Positions 1 through 8,962 of a DNA stretch of 64,000 nucleotides are shown here, piece by piece. The notes under the pieces were generated by a model. The model worked only from the letters and a program-made list of their open reading frames with translations. It was not told where the DNA came from and searched no databases. Every line of letters starts with the position of its first letter. Positions within the stretch are counted from its first letter, which is position 1. This DNA comes from a virus. The translations under genes were made by a program, and so were the position numbers. The stretch covers positions 1 through 64,000 of IMG/VR virus record IMGVR_UViG_3300037541_000696. One strand, given 5' to 3'.

Positions 1-3
1 GTC

Positions 4-1476
4 TTGAATGACTTAGATCTAGTTTATGACTGTTGGGAGCAACTGCGCTTTCCTGAACAACAGAGGCGACACCTGATAAAAGAACAGGCCGAGCCAGATT
101 TAGCATACCGAGGCAGGCTTCAACGTGCATCATATCCGTCATATTTTAGGGATGGTATTGATGCGTTTGCTGGAGCATTAAGTAGATTTGAGTTGCGAAA
201 TGCGCCAAAAAGTTTAATTGCAAATCAGAATGATATTGACGGCAAGGGCACAAGCTTAAAAGCTTGGTTTATGGCTGCCGATGCGATGGTGATGCGTGAT
301 AATGGATGCCTGCTTATGGTAGATACTGGAAGAAGTGATAATGTAACACGTTATGATGACATCCGCAATGGCAATAGGCCATTCTTTTCCTATGCTGAGC
401 GCCGCAATGTTCTCAACTGGAGAACAGCAAAGCAAAATGGTAAGGAAGTTATATCGGCTGTTACTATACTTGAGTGGCACGAAGAGGAAGATGGCGAATA
501 CGGAATCAAGCTGGTGCCTATGTATAGAGTAATGAAAGGCGGTGAGTGGAAGCTGCTTAAGATTAAAGAAGATTCCACCAATGAAGACAAGCTAGGCAAT
601 TCAACAGATTTATCTAGCAGAATTGAGCAGGTAGGCGAAGGCGAATTTACTGGATATGGCAAAAGAAAGCTGCTTTATCCACCTGTCAGATGGTATAACC
701 ACGCAAGGGATGGTATAGGCGAAGGCGCACCGATGCTGTTAGGTGTTGCAAAATTAACACTTGATTGGTATCGAAGCAATAGCAGCATGAAGGAATTGTT
801 GCACAAATGTGCAATGCCAATACCTGTGCTGAAAGATCGTAATCGTCCAATGTCGCCAGGTCCCGATGGTAATCCCGTGCCAATACCTATTGCATTAGGG
901 CCAAATCATATCATGCAAATTTTTGATGAAAATGGAAATTTTTCTTTTGCAGAACCAAGCGGAAGTAGCTTAGATAAACATATTCAAGTAATCAAAGAAA
1001 TTGAAACAAATATAGATCGAAGCTTGATGAATTTTGTTTTTGGCGGCAGCACTAATCGCACCGCAACTGAAGTTGAATTACAAAGCGCAAGCATTCAAGC
1101 AAACCTAACAAGCCTGTCAGAATCCAAGGAATCAGCGATGCAATCACTTTATGAATTATGGTGCATATTTACCGGCGAAATGCTATCTAATGATGCTGGA
1201 ATTGACATGCTAGCATCTATTACTCAAAAGGAGGTTGATAATGAAACGTTAACAATGTGCAGTTCGCTTTATGATAAAGGCTTAATGATGCGCGAAACAT
1301 TCCTTGCGCTTGCTCAGCGCCGTGGGTTACTGAGACCCAAGATTGACGCAAAGAAAGAATCCGCGTTGCTTGCGGAGGAAGACGAAAAAAATAACGCACT
1401 ATTGAATCCGCCTGCGCCGTCGCCTAATGATTTGGCAGGTGATGATGTGGATGAACAGGGATTGCCTGTTCAATAG
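4..1476 (+). CDS. Phage portal protein (DUF4055-like); true start may lie before the window
   Basis: About 490 aa; YxxRLxRAxY start, NVLNWR and TATEV motifs typical of DUF4055 portals; upstream of MuF. Confidence 0.8.
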   Translation: MNDLDLVYDCWEQLRFPEQQRRHLIKEQAEPDLAYRGRLQRASYPSYFRDGIDAFAGALSRFELRNAPKSLIANQNDIDGKGTSLKAWFMAADAMVMRDNGCLLMVDTGRSDNVTRYDDIRNGNRPFFSYAERRNVLNWRTAKQNGKEVISAVTILEWHEEEDGEYGIKLVPMYRVMKGGEWKLLKIKEDSTNEDKLGNSTDLSSRIEQVGEGEFTGYGKRKLLYPPVRWYNHARDGIGEGAPMLLGVAKLTLDWYRSNSSMKELLHKCAMPIPVLKDRNRPMSPGPDGNPVPIPIALGPNHIMQIFDENGNFSFAEPSGSSLDKHIQVIKEIETNIDRSLMNFVFGGSTNRTATEVELQSASIQANLTSLSESKESAMQSLYELWCIFTGEMLSNDAGIDMLASITQKEVDNETLTMCSSLYDKGLMMRETFLALAQRRGLLRPKIDAKKESALLAEEDEKNNALLNPPAPSPNDLAGDDVDEQGLPVQ

Positions 1477-1479
1477 GCG

Positions 1480-1489
1480 CGGGAAAAAT
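1480..1489 (+). promoter_or_regulatory. Late promoter box variant CGGGAAAAAT
   Basis: 35 nt before ATG 1515; member of a 12-copy motif. Confidence 0.7.
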
Positions 1490-1514
1490 ATAGTGATCAT
1501 AAGCTAAGATTGTG

Positions 1515-2786
1515 ATGGCTCGCGGTGGCAGGGCTGGAAAGAAGCGCACGCAATATGTTAGAGATAATTCCGGTCGTTTTGCGTCAACACCAGGCGGTGG
1601 GCCATCCAAGGCTACGCCAGCTTCAGTGCGCAAGGCTGCCAAGGCTGCTGCTATCAAGGGCGGCACGTTGCAGTTCAGGACAAGTCTCAGGCGATCCAAG
1701 GCCAAGCTGGCAGTCGTCGACAAGGCAGATGAGACACTGAAGACAGCACTGAGCAGGAGGGCTCAGAAGGGCGCCGTAACTCGTGGAAAGAAAAAGCTTG
1801 CTCAAGCGATTAAGTCTAGTCAAGCCAGGCTCAGCGTTGCGCCTAAGTCAAGCATCGTAAAGAAGAAGCGGAAGACGCCGCAGCCTGTGTTGCAGTCTGT
1901 TAAGGATGTGGCGCCAAGGGTGAGCGGAGGGAGGGGAGAGGGTAGGATTAAGGGGTCAGCAAAGCCCAAGGTGGTGACCCAAAAAGCAATTGCAAACAGT
2001 AAAAAAACAGACATAAAATCAATTGACAATGCCAGTAAGCAGCAAAAACTTAGACTGCCAAGAAAACCAACGCCGAACGGAGTTATTCGTAAATCCGATT
2101 TTGACAAGATAAAATCAGATCGGCAAAAGGGGATTGGCACTCCTTTCAGCAGGGCTGGGCAACGCGCCATTGACAGAAGCGCTAGGGAGGCTGTACTGGT
2201 CAGGCGTCAATCATTAGATCGAGCAAAAAGAAGCGGTGCAACAGGGCTTGGCAAGGGTCCATTGATGAACGAAAGCGCAATTAAGAGCCGTGACTTTGCG
2301 TGGAATCGAAACGAACAACCTGCTACCGTAAGCGAAAGGTTGACAATGTGGCGGAGAAGCGAAAGGCGTATTCGCAGAGCATTCGCTAATCTTGGTGCAT
2401 CAAAAAGTTATTATGGTGAACTTCGCGCTAGCAGAAGGGCTGAAGATCTTGTGAAAACTAACAGCAGGCTTGGCGACTTACCAACCACGCGAAAAATGGC
2501 GGATCAACCAAGAGAGCGAAGAAAAGATAGAATTAGCAAAAACGAAACACAGGGCAAGCTAGCCAGCTACGAAGCTAATAAGTCTATTCTTCCCCAGATA
2601 CAAAAGCTAGAAAATATAGTCAAGCAACGTGTTGCGGAAGGGAAAAAGGTGACGCCCGCCCAACGCGAAAAGCACCGCAAGTTGGTTGACCAATACAATA
2701 AACTAACCAGAAAGCTTCGCGTGTCTCAAGCTGCCAAATCTTATATGGACAATCCGTGGGGATTCAATCCTAAAAGCATGAAATAG
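1515..2786 (+). CDS. Highly basic Lys/Arg-rich late protein A (YVRDxxGRF family, paralog 1)
   Basis: N-terminus KRTQYVRDNSGRFASTPGGG shared with 2841 and 8963; own late box. Confidence 0.8.
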   Translation: MARGGRAGKKRTQYVRDNSGRFASTPGGGPSKATPASVRKAAKAAAIKGGTLQFRTSLRRSKAKLAVVDKADETLKTALSRRAQKGAVTRGKKKLAQAIKSSQARLSVAPKSSIVKKKRKTPQPVLQSVKDVAPRVSGGRGEGRIKGSAKPKVVTQKAIANSKKTDIKSIDNASKQQKLRLPRKPTPNGVIRKSDFDKIKSDRQKGIGTPFSRAGQRAIDRSAREAVLVRRQSLDRAKRSGATGLGKGPLMNESAIKSRDFAWNRNEQPATVSERLTMWRRSERRIRRAFANLGASKSYYGELRASRRAEDLVKTNSRLGDLPTTRKMADQPRERRKDRISKNETQGKLASYEANKSILPQIQKLENIVKQRVAEGKKVTPAQREKHRKLVDQYNKLTRKLRVSQAAKSYMDNPWGFNPKSMK

Positions 2787-2807
2787 CGCCATCCCTTGCA
2801 ACAGAAA

Positions 2808-2817
2808 GGGGAAAACT
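2808..2817 (+). promoter_or_regulatory. Late promoter box variant GGGGAAAACT
   Basis: 33 nt before ATG 2841. Confidence 0.7.
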
Positions 2818-2840
2818 AAACCAAATTCATAATCAATCCC

Positions 2841-4274
2841 ATGGCTCGCGGCGGCAGACCAGGCAAAAAGCGTACGCAATACGTCCGAGATGCACAGGGG
2901 CAGTTTGCCTCAGCACCAGGAGGTGGCAAAAAAGCCACGCCTAGCGCCGTCAGGAAGGCTGCCAGGGCTGCTGCGCTGAAGGGCGGCACCTTGGCCGCGC
3001 GAACCTCGCTGAAGAAGTCCAGATCTAAGCTCGCGGGCATTGATAAGGCCGATCAAACCCTTCAGACTTCGCTATCAAAGCGTGCACAGAAAGGTGCCGT
3101 AACTCGTGGCAGCAAAAATCTAACCAAGGCGATTAAGTCAAGCCGAACAAGACTAATTGGTGCCAAGCCTAACGCAAATACAATCAAGAAAAAGCGGCCA
3201 GTTTCGATGGCTTATGTCTTGAAAGATGTGACTCGTTCAATGTCATCAGATGATGCACAACGTATACTAGGGAAGAAGCCACTTGCAAAGCGGAAAATCA
3301 GTGCTCCATCTAAAGCAAACACAATTAAGAAAAAGCGCAGCCCTATTCTTGAGGCTAAACCCCTACAGAAGCCAGCCTCTCAGCGCCCGGGTTCGATGAC
3401 CGCTACCCTGCGCGGTGCGCTAAAATCATTGGCGCAAGCTGATGCGCAACGCATTAGAGAAATTGAGTCAATCACTGGGCAAAAGCTTAAGCCAATTAAG
3501 GAGCGTGCTGTTGCCGCTGGCGCTAAAGAGCGCGTCCGCAGCACAGCCAAGGGTGGCAAAATCTCTGACACTTTGAGGGCTGGGCTCCGTGAGTTAGCGC
3601 AGTCTGATGCTCGAACCATGCGGGGCATGGCGGAGATCGTGCGAGACGCGACGCCGAAGGTGAGCGGAGGGAAAAGCGGGAAGGCGAAGAAGGCGTTGAC
3701 ACCTGCCAAGCCCACGGCTCCCAAGCGCACCCGCGCATCCCGCCCAGCTGGCACTGTTGCCAAACCTCGGGGACTGAAGCCAGGGGCGCTGGCGGCGCGG
3801 AGGGCGGCGAAAGCGGCCAAGAAGCAACCGCAGCGGACATCTAAGAAGCCTGTAAACAAGGCGCAGCGGATATATCTCAACGCCAGAAGCAACGCACGCG
3901 ACCGCAACAGGGACCTTCGAGGGGCCGACGTAGTCTCAAGGCGCATGGCCAACTCGGCGGCGGCCGTGCTCAGGAATATGGAGCGCAGGCGGTCCACTGC
4001 GGTGCCTAAGGCACCTGCTGATTCGCCTCGCGCCAGGCAGCAGCAAAGGCAGCTTGCAAGAATGCAGCGAGCAATCCGCAATGAACGGGCCGCGTGGATC
4101 CGGGAAGCCGATGGCCCCGGCAGCAAGGCTAGTCGCAGCGCGACCGTCGCTAGGCGTGCCCAGCAGATTTACGCCGGGAAGGTTGATCCCAAGGTCAAGA
4201 CGAAATCAAGGCTGACCAGGGTCAACGACCCAGACAGGCGCAGAAGTAAAACAAACCGCAAAAAGCCCGGCTAA
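2841..4274 (+). CDS. Highly basic Lys/Arg/Ala-rich late protein B (paralog 2)
   Basis: First ~115 aa clearly homologous to 1515 ORF (YVRDAQGQF, QKGAVTRG). Confidence 0.8.
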   Translation: MARGGRPGKKRTQYVRDAQGQFASAPGGGKKATPSAVRKAARAAALKGGTLAARTSLKKSRSKLAGIDKADQTLQTSLSKRAQKGAVTRGSKNLTKAIKSSRTRLIGAKPNANTIKKKRPVSMAYVLKDVTRSMSSDDAQRILGKKPLAKRKISAPSKANTIKKKRSPILEAKPLQKPASQRPGSMTATLRGALKSLAQADAQRIREIESITGQKLKPIKERAVAAGAKERVRSTAKGGKISDTLRAGLRELAQSDARTMRGMAEIVRDATPKVSGGKSGKAKKALTPAKPTAPKRTRASRPAGTVAKPRGLKPGALAARRAAKAAKKQPQRTSKKPVNKAQRIYLNARSNARDRNRDLRGADVVSRRMANSAAAVLRNMERRRSTAVPKAPADSPRARQQQRQLARMQRAIRNERAAWIREADGPGSKASRSATVARRAQQIYAGKVDPKVKTKSRLTRVNDPDRRRSKTNRKKPG

Positions 4275-4281
4275 TCCGGGC
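4260..4281 (-). terminator. Intrinsic terminator for the minus-strand 4310 gene
   Basis: AAAAA-GCCCGG-ctaat-CCGGGC hairpin; U-tract on minus strand. Confidence 0.6.
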
Positions 4282-4309
4282 CATTGCTGTTAATTAGGTC
4301 TGGCGATAA

Positions 4310-4537
4310 TCAATCTTCATCCGCCAAGTCAACTCCCACAACTCTAAGATTATCGCGACTCATGCCGATATTTTCCATCTCGTGAAGCGCGCGCAGAGCG
4401 GATTGGTAGCTATCAAACAGCAAATCATTAGGGCTAAACGCTTGAAAGTATTCAGTTGCTCCTGAATTGCGATCTAGCCATATGCCATTATGCTGATATT
4501 GCAGTTCAAAGCGCTCTTTGGGTTGAATGGTTGTCAT
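4310..4537 (-). CDS. Hypothetical early-type protein inserted in head module
   Basis: ORF with own tandem-repeat promoter (4575-4623) and terminator. Confidence 0.65.
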   Translation of the reverse strand: MTTIQPKERFELQYQHNGIWLDRNSGATEYFQAFSPNDLLFDSYQSALRALHEMENIGMSRDNLRVVGVDLADED

Positions 4538-4574
4538 TGGGTTTAGCACGATGGATGGGTTTCCCCGTGACCAA

Positions 4575-4623
4575 ATACTATCCCATCACCTAAAGCTCCC
4601 GAAAAAATGAAACAACCTGTAAC
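4575..4623 (-). promoter_or_regulatory. Early-type promoter with HLR1-like tandem repeat
   Basis: GTTACAGG-tt-GTTTCATT, then TAGTAT 33 bp from second repeat start. Confidence 0.6.
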
Positions 4624-4648
4624 ATAGGCAAATCAGCATCAGGCGATC

Positions 4649-5716
4649 ATGGCAACCATTGGAGATCAGCAGCTAACACTAGCCGATGATTATGCCGAAG
4701 CATTGGATATGCTAAGCGATCGTGCCGTAGAAAATACTAAAGCGGCATTAGTTCGAGCGCTAAGACGTACTTTGAAAGATCTGCGCCGATATTATTCTGA
4801 CTTCATTGATCCTGAACTTAAAAAATATCGCTCTGCTGATGGCAAGATGCGTAGGCCAATGTCATATTCTATTGCTGATAGCAATGCAAAATTCACTGCG
4901 CTAATGCAAATCGCGCAATCATATTTCCCAGAAGAAGAATTGAATCGTGTCACAATGCAATATAAAAAAGACTTTACAGAAGCCGTGCAGCTTGGCAGTA
5001 ATTTAGGTAAAGAATTGGCGCAACTTATTGATTCAAATAACAAAGGCAATGGAATGTTTGTTGGTGCCAGCAAGGAAGCCGTGATTGGCGCTGCTAATAC
5101 AGCATCGGCTTATATCCGCCGTGAAGTGGAAACCTTTCGTGATGATATTGCACGCATTGTGCAAGATGGTATCGGACGCGGAAAAGGATCTAAAACATTA
5201 GAAAAAGATATAAGGATTGCATTGCTCGGAGCGAAGGATCCTGACGGTATTACGCAACGCCTAGGGATGCTCCGACGGGCTGAATTGATTGCTAGATCTG
5301 AACTCGCTAATGCTTATGTTAATGCGCAAAAAGCAGCAGCAGGTAGGAATGAGTATAAGTATGGGCGGTTTATTGCAACACAAGATGAAAGAACCTGTCC
5401 CTATTGCGCTTCTAGGCATGGTAAGATATATTTATTAAGCGAAATGGTCGGTACGCAGCATCCGCGTTGCCGATGTAGTATTTCACCAGTTTCTGATCTT
5501 GCAGTAGAAGAAACTGATCCAGAATTGCGCCGTGAATTATTGCGAGAGGATTTTTGGGAACAGGAGCGCAATAATGTTTGGCAAAAATTTGCTGATACCA
5601 AAGGATGGCCCTTTGAAAAGGCGTCTAAAGTGCTAGAGGATCACCTAAAAAAACCATCAGCCAGTGAGAAACGGCTTTATCCTGACATCAAAGTAGCGCC
5701 GCAGCCTATGGTTTAA
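4649..5716 (+). CDS. Head morphogenesis protein, SPP1 gp7/MuF family
   Basis: RAELIARSE...DERTCPYC...HPRCRCS signature. Confidence 0.9.
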   Translation: MATIGDQQLTLADDYAEALDMLSDRAVENTKAALVRALRRTLKDLRRYYSDFIDPELKKYRSADGKMRRPMSYSIADSNAKFTALMQIAQSYFPEEELNRVTMQYKKDFTEAVQLGSNLGKELAQLIDSNNKGNGMFVGASKEAVIGAANTASAYIRREVETFRDDIARIVQDGIGRGKGSKTLEKDIRIALLGAKDPDGITQRLGMLRRAELIARSELANAYVNAQKAAAGRNEYKYGRFIATQDERTCPYCASRHGKIYLLSEMVGTQHPRCRCSISPVSDLAVEETDPELRRELLREDFWEQERNNVWQKFADTKGWPFEKASKVLEDHLKKPSASEKRLYPDIKVAPQPMV

Positions 5717-5718
5717 TT

Positions 5719-5768
5719 GTTACGGATTATTACGGAAGTCCACTGGCAAGCCGCTAGGCCTGTAGGAT
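5719..5768 (+). promoter_or_regulatory. Early-type promoter with HLR1-like tandem repeat
   Basis: GTTACGGA-tt-ATTACGGA, TAGGAT 34 bp downstream. Confidence 0.65.
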
Positions 5769-5815
5769 GTAATCACTAGGGCAATTCAGCGCTAGTATTA
5801 ACTCCCTCAGGTGAA

Positions 5816-6142
5816 ATGAGCAACGCAACACCAGATCGCATCGCAGTCGGAGATGTAGACTTTATTCGCGCTGATCTCTGTCAGCAGGTTGAAACCGGCA
5901 ATCGCCAAGTGATCGTAGTTGATCGCGGGTGGATTTTTGCCGGTGACGCAACCCAAACAGACACAGAAATCACGCTTTCGCGTGTTGTGCATGTGTTTAA
6001 GTGGGAAAGCATTGGATTTAATGGAATGATTGCCAATCCAAAATCTGACAAGGTGGATCTTCGCAAGATGACAAATCAGGTCAAAATACCACGTGCGTCC
6101 GTGATTTTCGCTATCCCCGTTAGCGAAAACTGGGGACTCTAA
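5816..6142 (+). CDS. Small beta-rich Sm-like protein (DUF6948-like)
   Basis: VIVVDRGWIFAG...ITLSRVVHVFKW pattern; followed by GxG-repeat genes. Confidence 0.55.
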   Translation: MSNATPDRIAVGDVDFIRADLCQQVETGNRQVIVVDRGWIFAGDATQTDTEITLSRVVHVFKWESIGFNGMIANPKSDKVDLRKMTNQVKIPRASVIFAIPVSENWGL

Positions 6143-6206
6143 TTGTTTCGTGTCTCAAGGCGCACGAACTTGTGCGCTTTGAGATTTTTTACTTTTTAGA
6201 GGTTTT

Positions 6207-6419
6207 ATGTTTGATTCTGCATTCTTACCTGTTGGCTATGGCTATGGCAATGGCTACGGCACCGGCAATGGCGATGGCAATGGCAATGGCGATGGCAATG
6301 GCTACGGCTATGGCTATGGCAATGGCTACGGCACCGGCAATGGCACCGGCAATGGCGATGGCTTCGGCATCGGCGATGGCTGCGGCTATGGCACCCCTTC
6401 AATTAGGAGCAGAAAATGA
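6207..6419 (+). CDS. Glycine-rich (GxGx) peptide 1
   Basis: GAGG RBS upstream; FLPVGYG...CGYGTPSIRSRK. Confidence 0.75.
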   Translation: MFDSAFLPVGYGYGNGYGTGNGDGNGNGDGNGYGYGYGNGYGTGNGTGNGDGFGIGDGCGYGTPSIRSRK

Positions 6420-6667
6420 TGACTAATTCTACATTCTTACCTGTTGGCTATGGCGATGGCGCCGGCGATGGCAATGGCGATGGCTACGGCTACGACTGCG
6501 GCTATGGCTATGGCGATGGCACCGGCTATGGCAATGGCACCGGCTACGGCACCGGCTACGGCACCGGCTATGGCGATGGCAATGGCCATGGCGCCGGCGA
6601 TGGCGATGGCGATGGCCACGGCTACGACTGCGGCTATGGCACCCCCTCGATTCGGCCTAGAAAATGA
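6416..6667 (+). CDS. Glycine-rich (GxGx) peptide 2, tandem paralog
   Basis: FLPVGYG...CGYGTPSIRPRK; ATGA overlap with both neighbours. Confidence 0.75.
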   Translation: MMTNSTFLPVGYGDGAGDGNGDGYGYDCGYGYGDGTGYGNGTGYGTGYGTGYGDGNGHGAGDGDGDGHGYDCGYGTPSIRPRK

Positions 6668-6900
6668 CGGTCAAGGAGCTTGTCGGGTGGCTGACAGCGT
6701 TTGAAGATCAAGACGCAGAAGTCAAGGTGATTAAACACGTATGTGGCTCAAGCTACTACGATCAAGGCGGCACAGTAGAAGTTGTGTCACTGGAGCCTGA
6801 TGTTATGAACTATACTGATCTCCGAAGCAATCCATTTATCAAGGAAGATTGTTTGTGCCACGAATCACATACACTGCTACTAGGCGAGCTAAACGCCTAA
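6664..6900 (+). CDS. Hypothetical protein (MTVKEL-type small phage protein)
   Basis: Translationally coupled ORF. Confidence 0.65.
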   Translation: MTVKELVGWLTAFEDQDAEVKVIKHVCGSSYYDQGGTVEVVSLEPDVMNYTDLRSNPFIKEDCLCHESHTLLLGELNA

Positions 6901-6928
6901 AACTAAACTCATCGCACTGAACATTGTC

Positions 6929-7105
6929 ATGACTGCATTCACGGACAGAGAAAAAGCAATCATAAAAATGTATGGGGAAAGGGTACCGATTGGTGGCAGA
7001 CTTGCAGGTCTTGCGATTGGAATAGTTGCTTTTTTTGCACCAGGCCTTACCGCATACATGATCGCAAAGACAATAAGGGAGAATCCTGAGCACTTTCCTT
7101 GGTAG
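6929..7105 (+). CDS. Small membrane protein (58 aa, not in ORF track)
   Basis: MTAFTDREKAIIK...GLAIGIVAFFAPGLTAYMIAK...FPW; one hydrophobic segment. Confidence 0.55.
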   Translation: MTAFTDREKAIIKMYGERVPIGGRLAGLAIGIVAFFAPGLTAYMIAKTIRENPEHFPW

Positions 7106-7118
7106 GGAATTGATTGTC

Positions 7119-7128
7119 GGGGAAAAAT
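7119..7128 (+). promoter_or_regulatory. Late promoter box variant GGGGAAAAAT
   Basis: 32 nt before ATG 7151. Confidence 0.65.
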
Positions 7129-7150
7129 AATAACAGCATCTCCTGGTGCA

Positions 7151-7330
7151 ATGGCAAAATCCAAAAAAACGAAAGCCGCCAAAAAAGTCTCCTCTGTAAT
7201 GCACGAATGGAAGACCGGCACGCTTCATAGCGGCAAGGGTGGCCCTGTGGTGACCGGTCGTCAGCAGGCTATCGCAATTGCACTGGCTCAAGGTCGCAAG
7301 GCTGCTACAAGGGGAAGACGGAGAAAATAG
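7151..7330 (+). CDS. Small basic protein, DUF6496-like (59 aa, not in ORF track)
   Basis: MAKSKKTKAAKKVSSVMHEWKTGTLHSGKGGPVVTGRQQAIAIALAQGRK... Confidence 0.8.
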   Translation: MAKSKKTKAAKKVSSVMHEWKTGTLHSGKGGPVVTGRQQAIAIALAQGRKAATRGRRRK

Positions 7331-7340
7331 CGGGAAAACT
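7331..7340 (+). promoter_or_regulatory. Late promoter box CGGGAAAACT
   Basis: 34 nt before ATG 7365. Confidence 0.75.
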
Positions 7341-7364
7341 GAGCCAGTGCAGCTCCCGCATCAC

Positions 7365-7541
7365 ATGATGTACGCCAAAAAGCCCGTAAAGCCTAGCAAA
7401 AAAGGCGGTGGCAAGCCCAAAGGCGGTGGCAAGCCCAAAGGCGGCGGCAAGCCCAAAGGCGGCGGCAAAAAAGGACCTTCCAAGCCAAAGAAGCCAGGCG
7501 GTGGCATGTTTCCTGACTATAGTTCCGTCAAGAATGCTTGA
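7365..7541 (+). CDS. Small Lys/Gly/Pro-rich basic protein (KPKGGG repeats)
   Basis: Start re-assigned to 7365 from late-box spacing. Confidence 0.7.
   Translation: MMYAKKPVKPSKKGGGKPKGGGKPKGGGKPKGGGKKGPSKPKKPGGGMFPDYSSVKNA
7401..7468 (+). repeat. 18-bp tandem repeat (~3.8 copies)
   Basis: AAAGGCGGYGGCAAGCCC units. Confidence 0.9.
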
Positions 7542-7768
7542 CCATGATCAGGACTCCGAGCCTTAGGATTATTCAGGCGATTGCGGTTTGTGTTTGCAGT
7601 CGCAACAAAGAAGGAGCACTGCAAGGGTTAAGGATTCTGTTGGATCTTCCTGATGCAGAAGATGCGGAGCGCATGATTAGATTGCTATTGAATGAACTAA
7701 GTCCAGGCGATCGCTTTTGGCTTGGTACAATCAATGGTGAACGAAAAAATGCTGTTATGATGACTTAA
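7538..7768 (+). CDS. Hypothetical protein
   Basis: Coupled ORF between late genes. Confidence 0.6.
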   Translation: MTMIRTPSLRIIQAIAVCVCSRNKEGALQGLRILLDLPDAEDAERMIRLLLNELSPGDRFWLGTINGERKNAVMMT

Positions 7769-7769
7769 A

Positions 7770-8276
7770 ATGGTCGTTCAACTTCCTGACTTAGATGTTT
7801 CTTGGCGGCAAACTAGTGCGATCAATGATCGTGAATTGATCAGGACATACCTGAATTATCCTGCCTCAGAATCGAGCTTAACGCTAATCATTCAGCAGAT
7901 GAATAGCGTAGCTTCGGTGTCGCCAGAAACTGTTGAGCGCATTCAGGATTGGCTAGATGAAATTATCGAACTTGAAGAAATTCAAGCTGATGCGGTTATT
8001 GATGGGACTGCACATCTTGGTAGTGTAACAGAATATGAAGGCGTAATTCCTGGCACATCACCAACTAGGGATCAGCAGCTCAGCCAGGCCGATACGCTGT
8101 CATGGGATACGAGTGTATTAAAGGCGCGATATTCGTTTGATGGCAGCACTCGAAGCACCGCTCAGGGTCAGCGAGACGAGCGCAGGGGATCCCTCGTGTC
8201 ACGCATTTCTCAAGCCATAGGGATTCCCTATAATTCAAACAATGGCTACGGCGGTGCAACACTGATTAGGGGATGA
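7770..8276 (+). CDS. Putative head-tail adaptor/virion protein
   Basis: Helical protein in head-neck context; function inferred from position only. Confidence 0.45.
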   Translation: MVVQLPDLDVSWRQTSAINDRELIRTYLNYPASESSLTLIIQQMNSVASVSPETVERIQDWLDEIIELEEIQADAVIDGTAHLGSVTEYEGVIPGTSPTRDQQLSQADTLSWDTSVLKARYSFDGSTRSTAQGQRDERRGSLVSRISQAIGIPYNSNNGYGGATLIRG

Positions 8277-8607
8277 TTTTTCCTCCTGCTGCAACAATGA
8301 CGGCTTTCAGTTCTTCAGCCTTATCCTTACTAATATCCACTACAAGCGTGATATATTTTTGTGCTTTGCGCCATGCTCTAAGTTGAGCATCTAACGATCG
8401 AATGTATTCACCAGTGTTAAGATCTACGATGTCGCCACTGACTGTTATTTTTGTGCTAAGCGGCAGATCCTGAAATTCTTCGCTTTCCTCCTCTATTTCA
8501 ATACCATCAACGCTCATGACTACATCATCTATGTAGCGACCGATCCATGCATCATTGTCGCTTTCGTCGTTATTAAAATCAAGCCATTCTTTTTTGGTTA
8601 GTTTCAT
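8266..8607 (-). CDS. Hypothetical acidic protein
   Basis: Coupled to upstream minus-strand ORF. Confidence 0.65.
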   Translation of the reverse strand: MKLTKKEWLDFNNDESDNDAWIGRYIDDVVMSVDGIEIEEESEEFQDLPLSTKITVSGDIVDLNTGEYIRSLDAQLRAWRKAQKYITLVVDISKDKAEELKAVIVAAGGKIIP

Positions 8608-8852
8608 AATTCAAGCGGGAGCAGCGACATGTTAACACAATTGGCGGCTACTGGCTGGATGGACACCTTTAATCTGTCATAACAAATTCCATCAATCACC
8701 ACATATTCAATCGACCTAATCTCTATCGACTTTCCATCTTTGCCGACTGAAACCTCAAACATTGTGTGATCACCAACAACAAACCTGACATCTTTGATGC
8801 CAACAAGAACTTGCGTATCTTTTGTGATTGAGTGACCGGTTTCGATGTGCAT
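8604..8852 (-). CDS. Hypothetical protein
   Basis: Start re-assigned to ATG 8852, just downstream of promoter 8878-8926. Confidence 0.6.
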   Translation of the reverse strand: MHIETGHSITKDTQVLVGIKDVRFVVGDHTMFEVSVGKDGKSIEIRSIEYVVIDGICYDRLKVSIQPVAANCVNMSLLPLEL

Positions 8853-8877
8853 TGGCACCCTTAAGTGAACGATCTTA

Positions 8878-8926
8878 ACTGTAGCGCATACTGCTTTGAT
8901 TACTCCATGATGCAACAAATTGAAAC
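8878..8926 (-). promoter_or_regulatory. Early-type promoter with HLR1-like tandem repeat
   Basis: GTTTCAAT-tt-GTTGCATC, TACAGT 33 bp downstream; back-to-back with late box 8930. Confidence 0.55.
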
Positions 8927-8929
8927 AAT

Positions 8930-8939
8930 CGGGAAAACT
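8930..8939 (+). promoter_or_regulatory. Late promoter box CGGGAAAACT
   Basis: 33 nt before ATG 8963. Confidence 0.75.
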
Positions 8940-8962
8940 TAAACAAATTACAATATCTTGTC

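Noticed and set aside
3380-4126. 248-aa minus-strand ORF and similar antisense ORFs (e.g. 10883-11464, 29069-29644, 62840-63358)
   Set aside because: Antisense to well-supported genes, with no motifs or expression signals.
6230-6640. Possible CRISPR array or diversity-generating retroelement repeats
   Set aside because: Hexamer coding repeats without spacers; no cas or reverse transcriptase gene and no adenine-specific repeat pair seen in the window.
6172-6704. MAMA.., AIAI.. and HCRC.. repeat ORFs in other frames
   Set aside because: Shadows of the GGC-NNN repeats; only the Gly frame has an RBS, coupling and conserved ends in both paralogs.
7707-7714. HIP1 octamer GCGATCGC, and HIP1 as the source of the GCGAT loops
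   Set aside because: Only one copy noticed, and the loops are not followed by CGC. Depletion cannot be quantified without counting.
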